This document shows positions 19,374 to 30,905 of a stretch of 64,000 nt of DNA, piece by piece. A program made the position numbers and the translations under genes. Position 1 is the stretch's first letter, and every line of letters starts with the position of its first letter. Source of the DNA: Desulfobacterales bacterium (GTDB taxonomy: Bacteria; Desulfobacterota; Desulfobacteria; Desulfobacterales; UBA5852); NCBI GenBank assembly GCA_963674755.2, contig CAXXVS010000001.1, forward strand, positions 1,056,001 to 1,120,000. Direction: 5' to 3'. The notes below the pieces were generated by a model. That model ran no database searches and had not been told where the DNA came from. It saw nothing but the letters and a program-made list of their open reading frames with translations.

Positions 19374-20807
19374 TTAAAGCACCCAGGTGTCCTTGCTGCC
19401 GCCCCCCTGGGAAGAGTTTACCACCAGGGATCCTTTGGTGAGGGCCACCCGGGTCAGGCCGCCGGGCTGGACGTAAATGTCCTCTCCGAAAATCACATAG
19501 GGCCGCAGGTCTACGTGGCGTCCCTCGATGCGGTCGCCCACGATGGTGGGCACCCGGGAGAGGGAAATGGTCGGTTGGGCCATGTAGTTGCGGGGTTCGG
19601 CCGCGATCTTGGCGGCGAAGGCCGCCCGCTCCGCTTCGGTGGCATGGGGACCCACCAGCATGCCGTAGCCGCCGGATTCGTTGGCCGCCTTGACCACCAA
19701 CTGGTCGAGATGCGCCAGCACATAGGCCCGGTCCTCATCGTTGCGGCAGATATAGGTGGGCACGTTGGGCAGAATGGCGTCTTCGCCGGTATAGTAGCGG
19801 ATGATCTTGGGCACGTAGGCGTAAATCACCTTGTCGTCGGCGATGCCGGTGCCCGGTGCGTTGGCCATGGCCAGGCGGCCGGTCTTGTAGACCCCGATGA
19901 GGCCCTTGACCCCCAAAAGGGAATCGGGGCGGAAGACTTCCGGATCGATGAAGTCGTCGTCGATGCGCCGGTAGAGGACATCCACCCGCTGAAGCCCCTT
20001 GGTGGTGAGCATGTGGACATAGCCGTCGGCGACCACCAGATCCTGGCCCTCCACCAGTTCCACCCCCATTTGCTGGGAAAGAAAGGAGTGTTCGAAATAG
20101 GCGCTGTTGTAAATGCCGGGGGTCAGGACCCCTATGGTGGGGGATTGGATCTGCTCCGGGGCCAGGTAGGCCAGCATTTCCAGCAGTTTGGCGGGGTAGT
20201 CGTCCACCGGTCGAACCTGGGAGGCCTGGAAGACCTGGGGGAAAGTGCGTTTGAGCACCTGACGGTTCTCCAGCACATAGGAAACGCCCGAGGGGCAGCG
20301 CAAGTTGTCCTCCAGCACATAGAAGCGCCCGTCCTGATCCCGCACCAGGTCGGTGCCGGTGACATGGCACCAGATGCCCCGCGGCGGGGTGAACCCCTCA
20401 CATTCCGGGCGGTAGGTGCGGCTGGTAAGGACCAGTTCCTCGGGGACCACCTTGTCTTTGAGGATTTTTTTGTCGTTGTAGACGTCCTGGAGGAATTCGT
20501 TGAGCGCGAAAATCCGCTGTTTCAGCCCGTTTTCGATCTGCTGCCAGTCGTTGCCGGAAACGATGCGGGGAATGATGTCGAAGGGAAAGATCTTCTCGGT
20601 GCCCTCGTCGCGTCCGTACACATTAAACGTAATGCCCATCTTGAGAAGCAGGGCTTCGGCCGCCTTCTGGCGCATGGCCAGGCCGCCGGCCGGCAGGGAT
20701 TCGATTTTGTCCACCAGCAGCCGGGCGCCGGGCCGGGGGGTGCCGTCGGCCTCGATTAGCTCGTCGTAGTAGTCCCCTGGTTCATAACTTCCAAATGTTG
20801 CCGTCAT
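19374..20807 (-). CDS. circularly permuted type-2 ATP-grasp protein
   Basis: PFDIIPR, EDNLRCPSGVSY, NSAYFEH, YRRIDDDFIDP, GIADDK and VVNSSQGGGSKDTWV motifs. Start set to the ATG at 20807. Confidence 0.93.
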   Translation of the reverse strand: MTATFGSYEPGDYYDELIEADGTPRPGARLLVDKIESLPAGGLAMRQKAAEALLLKMGITFNVYGRDEGTEKIFPFDIIPRIVSGNDWQQIENGLKQRIFALNEFLQDVYNDKKILKDKVVPEELVLTSRTYRPECEGFTPPRGIWCHVTGTDLVRDQDGRFYVLEDNLRCPSGVSYVLENRQVLKRTFPQVFQASQVRPVDDYPAKLLEMLAYLAPEQIQSPTIGVLTPGIYNSAYFEHSFLSQQMGVELVEGQDLVVADGYVHMLTTKGLQRVDVLYRRIDDDFIDPEVFRPDSLLGVKGLIGVYKTGRLAMANAPGTGIADDKVIYAYVPKIIRYYTGEDAILPNVPTYICRNDEDRAYVLAHLDQLVVKAANESGGYGMLVGPHATEAERAAFAAKIAAEPRNYMAQPTISLSRVPTIVGDRIEGRHVDLRPYVIFGEDIYVQPGGLTRVALTKGSLVVNSSQGGGSKDTWVL

Positions 20808-21168
20808 GCCGTTTGCTCCGATTTTTTGATGGAAAAGACCCCTATCGTTTCTTCTGGGCTTCATTTAGAACACTCCCACGCGCCGGGCACGTCGGCACGG
20901 CGGGTCGAGATCAGTGATGGGGAGTGCTGCCGTTTTCTTAAGGATGAAGCGGGGTGTGTTTCGTGCTGATCAACTATTTCAGGAAGGTGCCGGCGTGTCA
21001 ACTGATCCACCGTGGGAATTGGCTGGCACCGGAGGGGCATCCTGGTCTATCGGATCGACAGCGAAACCGGATCCAGGCATTGTCGGCAGGCATCGTGTTG
21101 CAAGGGGGGGAGCGGCCCCCGTCAAAACTAGCGAGGGCCGCGGTTCAATCGGGGATCACCGGGAGGCA

Positions 21169-22815
<1,647 letters not shown>

Positions 22816-23103
22816 TTAATTCAAAATGCCCAGAATATCGTCTTCACGCATGAAAATGTGCTCTTTACCGTCAATCTTGATCTCGGTGCCGGCATATTTG
22901 GAAAAAAGGATGCGGTCGCCCTTTTTGACCTCCAACGGGACCCGCTTGCCGCTGTCGTCCAGCTTGCCGGGCCCCACGGCCACCACCTTGCCCTCCTGGG
23001 GCTTTTCCTTGGCCGTATCGGGAATGATGATGCCGCCGGCGGTTTTCTGCTCTTCTTCCACGCGTGTGACAAGCACCCTGTCGTTCATGGGTTGGATTTT
23101 CAT
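22816..23103 (-). CDS. groS: co-chaperonin GroES
   Basis: [10 protein letters not shown]...[25 protein letters not shown]...[17 protein letters not shown]. Confidence 0.97.
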   Translation of the reverse strand: MKIQPMNDRVLVTRVEEEQKTAGGIIIPDTAKEKPQEGKVVAVGPGKLDDSGKRVPLEVKKGDRILFSKYAGTEIKIDGKEHIFMREDDILGILN

Positions 23104-23739
23104 TGTTTCGTCTCCTCGTCTGATAAAATAGATGAATTGGGGTTTTCCGTTGCGCAGAACGGTCGATGCGGGCCGGTTTCCATTCTCAGGGAGGGGCCGT
23201 GATCCCGCACAAAACATAGCGCCCGGAGGGAGGGTGGACATCCGGGAGGGCCTTTGTCATCTCCTGGACATTTGAGGCCTGATAAAACCGACTCGAAAGG
23301 GTTTCCACCGGGAAGCGGCGGCCGGTTTGATCATTGAACGGCATCCGATGGGCGGACCGGGCAGGTTGCGGACGCGATTCAGTCGTTTGACGAATTGGGG
23401 CATGAGGATGGCTGTCAATCAAAAGGGCGCTCCCCAGGGCCGGCCAACAACCTCCGGGGAATGGGCATGCATTTTCGAACGCATCAATATTAAGGCTGTT
23501 ACGAACCAATCCCAGAAAGTCGCGTTCCATCTCTCGAAACGTCCAGAATCAACAACAAGCCGCCATATCGACCGCTCCGGCGGGATAAGCCGCCCGAAGC
23601 CTGCTTTTTATTCGTCATCGCCAGGGCCCCCAGGCACGAGAGCCCTCGGTAGGTCTGCTGAAACTTAATGCACAATGACTCTTGCGCAAGGGGGCGTGCC
23701 TGCATTTATGATCCGTTTACACGGTTTCGATAAATAAAA

Positions 23740-23775
23740 TTGACTTTATTAGGGTAACGGTGTTACGCTAATAAA
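23740..23775 (+). promoter_or_regulatory. sigma70-type promoter overlapped by a 31-bp palindromic TetR operator
   Basis: TTGACT at 23740-45 and TGnTACGCT at 23761-69; palindrome TTTATTAG-G-GTAAC-GGT-GTTAC-G-CTAATAAA at 23745-23775. Confidence 0.75.
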
Positions 23776-23802
23776 ATTAAATGCTCAGGGAGAGGACCGG
23801 CC

Positions 23803-24468
23803 GTGCCCAAACCCCAACGCAGCCTTCAAGAAATCGAAGCCGTCCGGGAAGATATTCTCCACCATGCCCTGGAACTGATCGTGCAGGACGGATTCCAGGG
23901 TTTCAGTATGCGCAAACTGGCAGTCCGCCTGGGCATTGCCGCCAAAACCATCTACAATTACTACCGCAACCAGGACGAGCTCTACCTCTGCATTCTGATC
24001 AAGGGGTTCGAACAGCTCCACGCCGCTTCCGAAGCGGCGGTCCGCGCGGCCGGGCAGCCCCAGGAACAATTGGAAGCCGCCATCCGGGCTTACGTGGATT
24101 TCGGTCTGGCCAATCCCCACCTCTACAACCTGATGTTCACCTGGCATGTGCCCAAATACAACGACTATGTGGGCACACCCATGGAAAAAGCGGCCTATCG
24201 CGAACTGACGGCGGCGTTGAAGTGTGCGGATCTTTTCCTGGCCATCATGGCGGCCTGCCGGGCGGAGGCGGCACCCATGAGCGAAGACGATTTGCGCTTC
24301 GAGATGATTCAGATCTGGTCCCAGATGCACGGCTATGTGGCCGGCATCAACAATTCGCTGCTGGACTACATGCACGCAAGCCCGCGTGCGCTCCAGCCGC
24401 GCATCATCGATCGTCTGATCCGCAATACCCGGCAGGCACTCCAAACCATGGACGAAAAGCGGAATTGA
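23803..24468 (+). CDS. TetR/AcrR-family regulator
   Basis: GF..FSMRKLA..LG....TIYNYY.N.DEL HTH; WHG-like C-terminal motif WSQMHG. Confidence 0.92.
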   Translation: MPKPQRSLQEIEAVREDILHHALELIVQDGFQGFSMRKLAVRLGIAAKTIYNYYRNQDELYLCILIKGFEQLHAASEAAVRAAGQPQEQLEAAIRAYVDFGLANPHLYNLMFTWHVPKYNDYVGTPMEKAAYRELTAALKCADLFLAIMAACRAEAAPMSEDDLRFEMIQIWSQMHGYVAGINNSLLDYMHASPRALQPRIIDRLIRNTRQALQTMDEKRN

Positions 24469-24511
24469 GAATATGAAAACACAGTTATCTACCCGGTAAA
24501 GACGATTGCCC

Positions 24512-25471
24512 ATGACCGCATCCCATACGCCCGATGAGATCCCCCCATCCGCCGAAGCGGCCCCTCTGATTCTGGACGTCAAAGGCAATGCCCTCGATGA
24601 CGGGCCGGGCATCCGATCGGTGGTCTTTTTCAAAGGATGCCCGTTGGCCTGCGTCTGGTGCCACAACCCCGAGAGCAAAAAGGCACTCCCGGAACTGGCC
24701 TTCGATGCCAAGGCCTGCACCGGTTGCGAGGCCTGCCTGGCGGTCTGCGACGCCGACGCCCTGGCACGGGGGAATCCCGGCTATGTCGACCGGCAGGTTT
24801 GCCGGCAATGCTTTGCCTGTGCGGCGGTCTGTCCCTCGGGCGCGCTGGCGCAGGTGGGGCAGGTGATGCCCGTTGAAGGGCTGGTCGAGAAACTTCTCAG
24901 GGACAAGCCGTTCTATGACACGTCCGGCGGCGGGGTCACCTTCTCAGGGGGCGAACCCACCCTGTTCATGCCCTACCTGTCGTCCCTGGCCGCTGCCCTG
25001 CAGGCTGCGGGGGTTTCGACCCTGCTCGAAACCTGCGGGCATTTCGATGCGGATCGGTTTGAGACGCGGGTGCTGCCCCACCTGGATGCCATCTACTTCG
25101 ATCTGAAACTCTTCGATGGGGAGCGGCACCGGCGTTACTGCGGCCTGCCCAACGACATCATCCTGACCAATTTTATCCGTTTATGGGCGCTTTCCCGCGG
25201 GAGCCACTTCTCCTTGTTGCCCCGGATTCCACTGGTTCCCGGCCTAACGGCCACCCAGGCCAACATTCGCGCCTGGGTGTCCTTTCTGAAAACCCACCGA
25301 GTCGGCCGGGTTAAACTGCTGGCCTATAACCCCTTGTGGCCGGCCAAGGCCGCCCGCATTGGAGAAGACAACCCCCATGCAGCCGCGGCAGCGCTGCAGG
25401 ACTGGATGCCGCCGGCCGATGTGGCCCGCCTGGAAGGCCTGTTCCATGAGGCCGGTATCGAAACGCTTTAA
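24512..25471 (+). CDS. glycyl-radical enzyme activating protein (radical SAM with ferredoxin-like insert)
   Basis: DGPGIR..VFFKGCPLACVWCHNPES; two CxxCxxCxxxC motifs; SGGGVTFSGGEP. Confidence 0.95.
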   Translation: MTASHTPDEIPPSAEAAPLILDVKGNALDDGPGIRSVVFFKGCPLACVWCHNPESKKALPELAFDAKACTGCEACLAVCDADALARGNPGYVDRQVCRQCFACAAVCPSGALAQVGQVMPVEGLVEKLLRDKPFYDTSGGGVTFSGGEPTLFMPYLSSLAAALQAAGVSTLLETCGHFDADRFETRVLPHLDAIYFDLKLFDGERHRRYCGLPNDIILTNFIRLWALSRGSHFSLLPRIPLVPGLTATQANIRAWVSFLKTHRVGRVKLLAYNPLWPAKAARIGEDNPHAAAAALQDWMPPADVARLEGLFHEAGIETL

Positions 25472-25491
25472 GAATTCGGGGAGACATCACC

Positions 25492-26268
25492 ATGACATAC
25501 GACCTTAACGGAAAAGCCGTGGTTCTGACCGGGGGCAGCCGCGGCATCGGGCGATGCGTCGCCGTGCAGTTGGCCGGGGCCGGTGCCCGGCTGGTTGTGC
25601 TGGCCCGGGATGTGGCCGCCTTGCAGGACACCGTGGGCCAGGTGGCTGCCGCCGGGGGGCAGGCTGTTGCGATCCCCTGCGACGTGACCGACGAGGCCTC
25701 TGTCCGCAGCGCGGTCGAACAGGCCGCCCGGGCCCTGGACGGGATCGATGTCTTCATGAACATTGCCGGCGTCACGCTGCAGAAACCCCTGCTGGAGGCC
25801 ACGGATGACGACGTACGCCGCGTCATGGAGACCAACCTGCTGGGGGTGCTGCGCTGCTGCCGCCATGCCGTGCCTTTTCTGAAAGCGCGCCGCGGGGTGC
25901 TGGTCAATGTGGCCAGCATCATCGTCAGCAACCCCTTCCCCCATATGGGGGTTTACGCCTGCTCCAAGTGGGCCCTGGCCGCCCTCAGCCACACCCTGCG
26001 GCAGGAGCTCCACGGCGGCGGCGTACGGGTGCTCACCGTCTATCCCGCCGTGGTGCGCACCGGCATGCTGGCCCAGGAGCCGGTCCTGGCCCTCACCCCG
26101 ACCCAATCACCGGAGGTCTGCGCCCGGGCCATCGTCAGGGCCCTCCAAAAAGGCCGTCAAGAGGCCAGCACGGCTTGGCTGCCCAAGATCAGCGGGGCCC
26201 TGTTCAAGCTGCATGCGCCCTGGTGTGACCGCATCAATCGCCTCTTTTTACCCCGGGCCTTCAAATGA
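25492..26268 (+). CDS. classical SDR oxidoreductase
   Basis: TGGSRGIG, CDV, NIAG and catalytic YACSK. Confidence 0.93.
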   Translation: MTYDLNGKAVVLTGGSRGIGRCVAVQLAGAGARLVVLARDVAALQDTVGQVAAAGGQAVAIPCDVTDEASVRSAVEQAARALDGIDVFMNIAGVTLQKPLLEATDDDVRRVMETNLLGVLRCCRHAVPFLKARRGVLVNVASIIVSNPFPHMGVYACSKWALAALSHTLRQELHGGGVRVLTVYPAVVRTGMLAQEPVLALTPTQSPEVCARAIVRALQKGRQEASTAWLPKISGALFKLHAPWCDRINRLFLPRAFK

Positions 26269-26305
26269 TCCTATGGGGACCTTTTTAAATGAAGGAGGTG
26301 TCGTC

Positions 26306-29300
26306 ATGGTCCTGTTGCAACCCGCAGCGTCGAACGATTTTTCCCCGCCGCACACCGGCCGGTCCGCCATGCACTGGGTAGTCAAATTGCTCCTGGGGCT
26401 CATGGCGGCCAGCTTTCGCTATCGCCCCGCCCTGCGGCGCTGTCTGCGAAGCGATCAGGGCTGGATCAATTTTACGGCCGGCATCCGGACGCGTTCCGGA
26501 TCGATCCAGGCGGCCATCCGCTTCAAGGACGGACGGGTGTCCGTGCGGAGCGGCCTGCCCGAGGACACGGATATTGCCCTGGTGTTCCGGTCGGATGCCG
26601 CCGTGCGCCGATTCCTTACGGCCACGCCCACCGAGCAGGTCACCATGATCCTCCAAAACGATTTCTACACGCTGGGCAACGTTTCCTACCTGAACCTCTT
26701 CGTCTATTGTCTCTCCCTGCTGCTCAGCAAGCAACAGATCCGGCAGATGGAAAAAGAGCGGCGGAAGGCCCGCCAAGACCTGCTCGAAACATCCCCCAGC
26801 GCCCAACCCCAACTGGTCGATGAATTCACGGCGCGACGGGCCAATCCCTTGAAGGGAACCCGGGTCGACCCCGGCGTCCGCTATCTCGAAGACCCTTACC
26901 TGGGCGCTTATCGCCTGGAGGATTTCCCCCGGGTGGCGGCCTTTCTGGACGCCCATTTCGAGACCCGGGCCGAGGTTTGCCCCGAACTGCCGAAGCTGGT
27001 GACCGACTGGCACAAGGCCAACGGCTATGAGACCGACATGGCGGGGCGCCCCTGGAATCCGATTTTGCGCAAGGCCCTCTGCTACAAGCACACCATGGCC
27101 AAGCGGCGTCCCATCATTCGGGAAAACGATCTGATTGCCGGGACCACTACCACCAAGGCGATCGGCGTGGTGGTCTACCCGGAGGGCCACGGCACCATGA
27201 TCTGGGGGGAGCTGCTGACCGTACCCCACCGGTCGCTCAATCCTTACGACGTGGCCCCGGAGACCCGGCGCCTGCTGCACCACGAGGTGTTTCCCTATTG
27301 GATCCAGCGCAACTTCAAGGAATGGGTGCGGCAAAAGTACGACCAGCCCCTCTGCCAGCAGATCGACGAGCGCTGGGCCGTGTATTTCAACTGGAAGTCA
27401 GTGACCATTTCCCACACCATCCCGGATTTTCCCAAGATCCTGCGGCTGGGGGCCCGGGGCATCATCGCGGAAATCGAGGCCGAACGGGCCGCCGAGCCCG
27501 ACGATCCCGGGAAGACCGCCACCCGGCAGGCCATGATCCTGTGCCTGGAGGGTCTCATGACCTATGCCGCCAACCTCTCCCGCCAGGCGGCGATCGAGGC
27601 CCGCCAAGCCGATGACCCCGCGCGTCGGGCTGAACTTGAAAACCTGGCCCGCATCTGCAGGCAGGTGGTGGCCCATCCGGCCCGCACCCTGGATGAAGCG
27701 GTCAACGCCGTCTGGATCACTTGGGTCGGCCTCCATATGGAGAGCACCAACGCGGGGCTGTCCCTGGGACGGCTCGACCAGTGGCTGCAGCCCTATTTCG
27801 AGGCGGACATGGTCCTGCGGGACCGGCCGGAGGATCGGGAGGCCTATCTGCGCTACGCCATCGAGCTGATCAGCTGTTTCATGTTGCGCTGCACAGACCA
27901 TCTTCCCCTGACGCCGGATTTCGCCAACTACTACTTTGGCGGCAGTTCCTCAGACCAGGCCATCACCCTGGGCGGGGTCACGCCGGAAGGCGAGGATGCC
28001 GTCAACGACATGACCTACATCTTCCTCAAGGTCACCGAAATGCTCAGCCTGCGGGACCCCAACGTCAATGCCCGCTACAATGGGGCGCAGAACAGCGACG
28101 TCTATCTCAAGCGTCTCTGCGACGTCAACCTGACCACCGCGGCGACCCCTTCCCTGCACAACGACGAGGCCATCTGGCAATCCCTGGCGGAGTTCGACTA
28201 CGCTCCGGAAGACTTGCGCAACTGGTCGGCCACGGGCTGTGTCGAGCCCACCCTTTCGGGCCGGCACATGGGCCATACCAATTTCCAGATGATCAGCCTG
28301 GTGGCAGCCCTGGAGATGGCCTTGAACAACGGGCGCCACCCCCTCATGGACTGGAAGCTCGGACCGGACACGGGGGAGGTGGAGGACGGGGACTTTGCCA
28401 CTTTCGACCAGTTTTTCGAGGCCTTCACCCGGCAGATGGGCTTTCTCGTCGCGCAATCCATCCAGTACAATGAAATGCTGGCCCGGGCCCACCAGGTGAT
28501 CCGCCCCACCCCGCTGCTCTCCACCCTGATCGAGGACTGCATTCGCACCGGCCGGGACGCTACCCGGGGCGGCGCCCGCTACAACAGCTCGGGGGCGGCC
28601 TGTATCGGCCTGGCCGACGTCACGGATTCCCTGCTGGTGATCAAACAACTGGTCTTCGACGAGGGGCGGGTATCCTTCGCGGACCTGAAGCGGGCCATCG
28701 ACACCAATTTCGAAGACGATCCGGCCCTGCATGCCCTGGTGACCCGCAAAGTACCCCTGTTCGGGTCGGGCAGCGCAGCCGCGGTGGCCATGGCCAACCG
28801 CGTTACCCGCTTCGTCCACGATACCTATGGAAGCTACCCCCACTACCGGGGCGGGCGCTACACGGCCGGCTTCTGGTCCATGTCCAACCACGTGGCCTAC
28901 GGCACCCTGGCCGGCGCCCTGCCTTCCGGGCGCCTGGCGGGCAAACCCTTCACCCCCGGGCTGACCCCCCAGCCGGCGGCCTCCACCAATCTGCTGGACA
29001 ACCTGCGGGACGTGGCCGCCTTGGAGCCGCGTAACATGAACAACAACATCGCCTTCAACGTGAAGGTGGTGCCCGGCGCCGGGGAGCCCCGCACCCGGAC
29101 CGTGGACACCATGTTCGCCTACGTGAAAACCTATTTTCAGCTCGGCGGCATGCAGATGCAGATGAACGTGGTCACCTCCGCGATGCTGCGCGACGCCATG
29201 GCCCACCCGGAAAACTACCGCAACCTGCTGGTGCGCATTTCCGGCTACAACGCCTATTTCGTGACCCTCAACCGGAACATGCAGCAGGAGCTGATCGAGC

Positions 29301-29320
29301 GGGCGGAATACGGATTATGA
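26306..29320 (+). CDS. glycyl radical enzyme (non-PFL, eliminase-like) with N-terminal SCP2-like extension
   Basis: Start after an AAGGAGGT RBS (alternative ATG at 26369); SLGRLDQ, ITLGG, Cys loop GCVEP and Gly loop LVRISGY; about 1004 aa. Confidence 0.9.
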   Translation: MVLLQPAASNDFSPPHTGRSAMHWVVKLLLGLMAASFRYRPALRRCLRSDQGWINFTAGIRTRSGSIQAAIRFKDGRVSVRSGLPEDTDIALVFRSDAAVRRFLTATPTEQVTMILQNDFYTLGNVSYLNLFVYCLSLLLSKQQIRQMEKERRKARQDLLETSPSAQPQLVDEFTARRANPLKGTRVDPGVRYLEDPYLGAYRLEDFPRVAAFLDAHFETRAEVCPELPKLVTDWHKANGYETDMAGRPWNPILRKALCYKHTMAKRRPIIRENDLIAGTTTTKAIGVVVYPEGHGTMIWGELLTVPHRSLNPYDVAPETRRLLHHEVFPYWIQRNFKEWVRQKYDQPLCQQIDERWAVYFNWKSVTISHTIPDFPKILRLGARGIIAEIEAERAAEPDDPGKTATRQAMILCLEGLMTYAANLSRQAAIEARQADDPARRAELENLARICRQVVAHPARTLDEAVNAVWITWVGLHMESTNAGLSLGRLDQWLQPYFEADMVLRDRPEDREAYLRYAIELISCFMLRCTDHLPLTPDFANYYFGGSSSDQAITLGGVTPEGEDAVNDMTYIFLKVTEMLSLRDPNVNARYNGAQNSDVYLKRLCDVNLTTAATPSLHNDEAIWQSLAEFDYAPEDLRNWSATGCVEPTLSGRHMGHTNFQMISLVAALEMALNNGRHPLMDWKLGPDTGEVEDGDFATFDQFFEAFTRQMGFLVAQSIQYNEMLARAHQVIRPTPLLSTLIEDCIRTGRDATRGGARYNSSGAACIGLADVTDSLLVIKQLVFDEGRVSFADLKRAIDTNFEDDPALHALVTRKVPLFGSGSAAAVAMANRVTRFVHDTYGSYPHYRGGRYTAGFWSMSNHVAYGTLAGALPSGRLAGKPFTPGLTPQPAASTNLLDNLRDVAALEPRNMNNNIAFNVKVVPGAGEPRTRTVDTMFAYVKTYFQLGGMQMQMNVVTSAMLRDAMAHPENYRNLLVRISGYNAYFVTLNRNMQQELIERAEYGL

Positions 29321-29324
29321 AAGG

Positions 29325-30851
29325 ATGAAGACACATATGATGACGCGGCGCAGTTATCAAAACGGCAGGCGACTCGTGCTTTGGCGCGCATGGGCGCGGG
29401 GGATGTTGGGCCTCTTCTGGATCGGGTCGATGGTGCTTCTTGGGGGGCATACGGCTGCCGCGGCGACCGGCAATACTGAACCGGCGCCGCGGCCCAACGT
29501 CATCATCGTTTACTGCGACGACTTGGGCTATGGCGATCTGGGGTGCTACGGCAGCCGGGCCATCGCCACACCCCACGTGGACCGGCTGGCCCGGGAAGGG
29601 GTGCGCATGACCGACTACTACGCCTGCAATGCCATCTGCGCCCCCTCCCGGGCCGGACTGCTGACAGGCCGCTACCCCTTCCGATCAGGGGTCATCGGCA
29701 ACATCTACCCCAAGGACGAACCCTTTACCCGCCGGGCTGCCCGGGAGTACGTGGGGGGATCCTTGCGGGGACTGGGGGTTCTCGATTTGCGGGAAGGGGA
29801 GGTGGTTTCCGGCATTCCATCCAAGGAGCTGCTCCTCGGCGAAGCCCTGCAGACCGCAGGCTACCACACCGCCATGGTGGGCAAGTGGCACCTGGGGGAC
29901 TACAGCATCGACCCGGCTTACAACCCCCGGCGCAACGGGTTCGATTTCTACCTCGGGCTGCCCCACAGCAACGATATGCGGCCCTGCCCCCTGTACCATA
30001 ACGAGGAGATGCTGCAAGCGGATATCGGCACCGACCAGGCCAAGTTGACCGGCCTTTATACCCGGGAAGCCGTACGGTTCATCAAAGAGGCCGGCCGGGA
30101 GCCCTTTTTTCTTTACGTGGCCCACACCTTTCCCCATCAGCCCCTGTACGCTTCGGCGCAATTTGAGGGTCAATCCAAGGCCAGCAAATTCGGGGATGCG
30201 GTGGAGGAAATCGACTGGAGTGTGGGCCAAATCATGACGACGCTGCAGGAGGCGGGGGTTGCGGATAATACCCTTGTTTTTTTCACCAGCGACAACGGCC
30301 CCTGGTTCGAGGGCAGCCCCGGCCCTTTCCGGGGGCGCAAGGGGCAAAGCTACGAGGGCGGTTTCCACGTGCCCATGATCGCCCACTGGCCCGCCGGGCT
30401 GCCGGCCGGACGGGTATGCCGGGTACCCTGGATGAATATCGATCTCTATCCCACCATCCTGGCCCTGGCCGGGGTGCCCCTGCCCGACGACCGCGTGATC
30501 GACGGACGGGACATCCTGGGGCTGCTCGCCGGCCGGGAGATCCGGGCCCCCCACGAAGCGCTCTTCTTCTACCACTACGATCAACTGGAAGGCCTCCGCT
30601 CCGGCCAATGGAAGTATTTCCGTCGGATCAACCGGTATGTATGGCCCATCCCCCTCGATGCGACTCCACTAGTGAACAAGTTGGGCGGCAGCCAATTGGG
30701 CAACCGCTGGCCGTTACTCTACAATCTCGACTTGGATCCGGGCGAAAGCTACAATGTCATCGCCACCCATCCGGAGGTGGCCGAGCGGCTGGCCACCCTG
30801 TTGGAGCGCTGGGAAGCGGACAACGCACAGAATCCGGGGGGCTGGCGGTAG
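29325..30851 (+). CDS. exported Cys-type formylglycine-dependent sulfatase (arylsulfatase A-like)
   Basis: PNVI....DDLGYGD, CAPSR..LLTGR, GKWHLG and FTSDNG motifs; hydrophobic signal ending in AAAA. Confidence 0.93.
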   Translation: MKTHMMTRRSYQNGRRLVLWRAWARGMLGLFWIGSMVLLGGHTAAAATGNTEPAPRPNVIIVYCDDLGYGDLGCYGSRAIATPHVDRLAREGVRMTDYYACNAICAPSRAGLLTGRYPFRSGVIGNIYPKDEPFTRRAAREYVGGSLRGLGVLDLREGEVVSGIPSKELLLGEALQTAGYHTAMVGKWHLGDYSIDPAYNPRRNGFDFYLGLPHSNDMRPCPLYHNEEMLQADIGTDQAKLTGLYTREAVRFIKEAGREPFFLYVAHTFPHQPLYASAQFEGQSKASKFGDAVEEIDWSVGQIMTTLQEAGVADNTLVFFTSDNGPWFEGSPGPFRGRKGQSYEGGFHVPMIAHWPAGLPAGRVCRVPWMNIDLYPTILALAGVPLPDDRVIDGRDILGLLAGREIRAPHEALFFYHYDQLEGLRSGQWKYFRRINRYVWPIPLDATPLVNKLGGSQLGNRWPLLYNLDLDPGESYNVIATHPEVAERLATLLERWEADNAQNPGGWR

Positions 30852-30905
30852 AAACGAGGTGCCTTGGGGCGTCCGACCCCGCTCCTCGTCCCGAACGGCT
30901 GCCCC

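Noticed and set aside
23686..23701. Sigma-54 promoter on the minus strand (AGGCACGCCCCCTTGC)
   Set aside because: The GG-to-GC spacing is 11 nt, not the required 10.
23186..23705. Short ORFs between groS and tetR
   Set aside because: No motifs or convincing RBS and atypical codon usage; treated as intergenic.
25907..26305. 1137-aa GRE start overlapping the SDR
   Set aside because: It overlaps the SDR by about 360 bp and the translation looks non-coding; the strong RBS supports 26306.
26306..29320. Calling the GRE pyruvate formate-lyase (pflB) or an alkyl/benzylsuccinate synthase
   Set aside because: It has a single Cys in GCVEP rather than the CC pair, and there are no small subunit genes typical of fumarate-adding enzymes.
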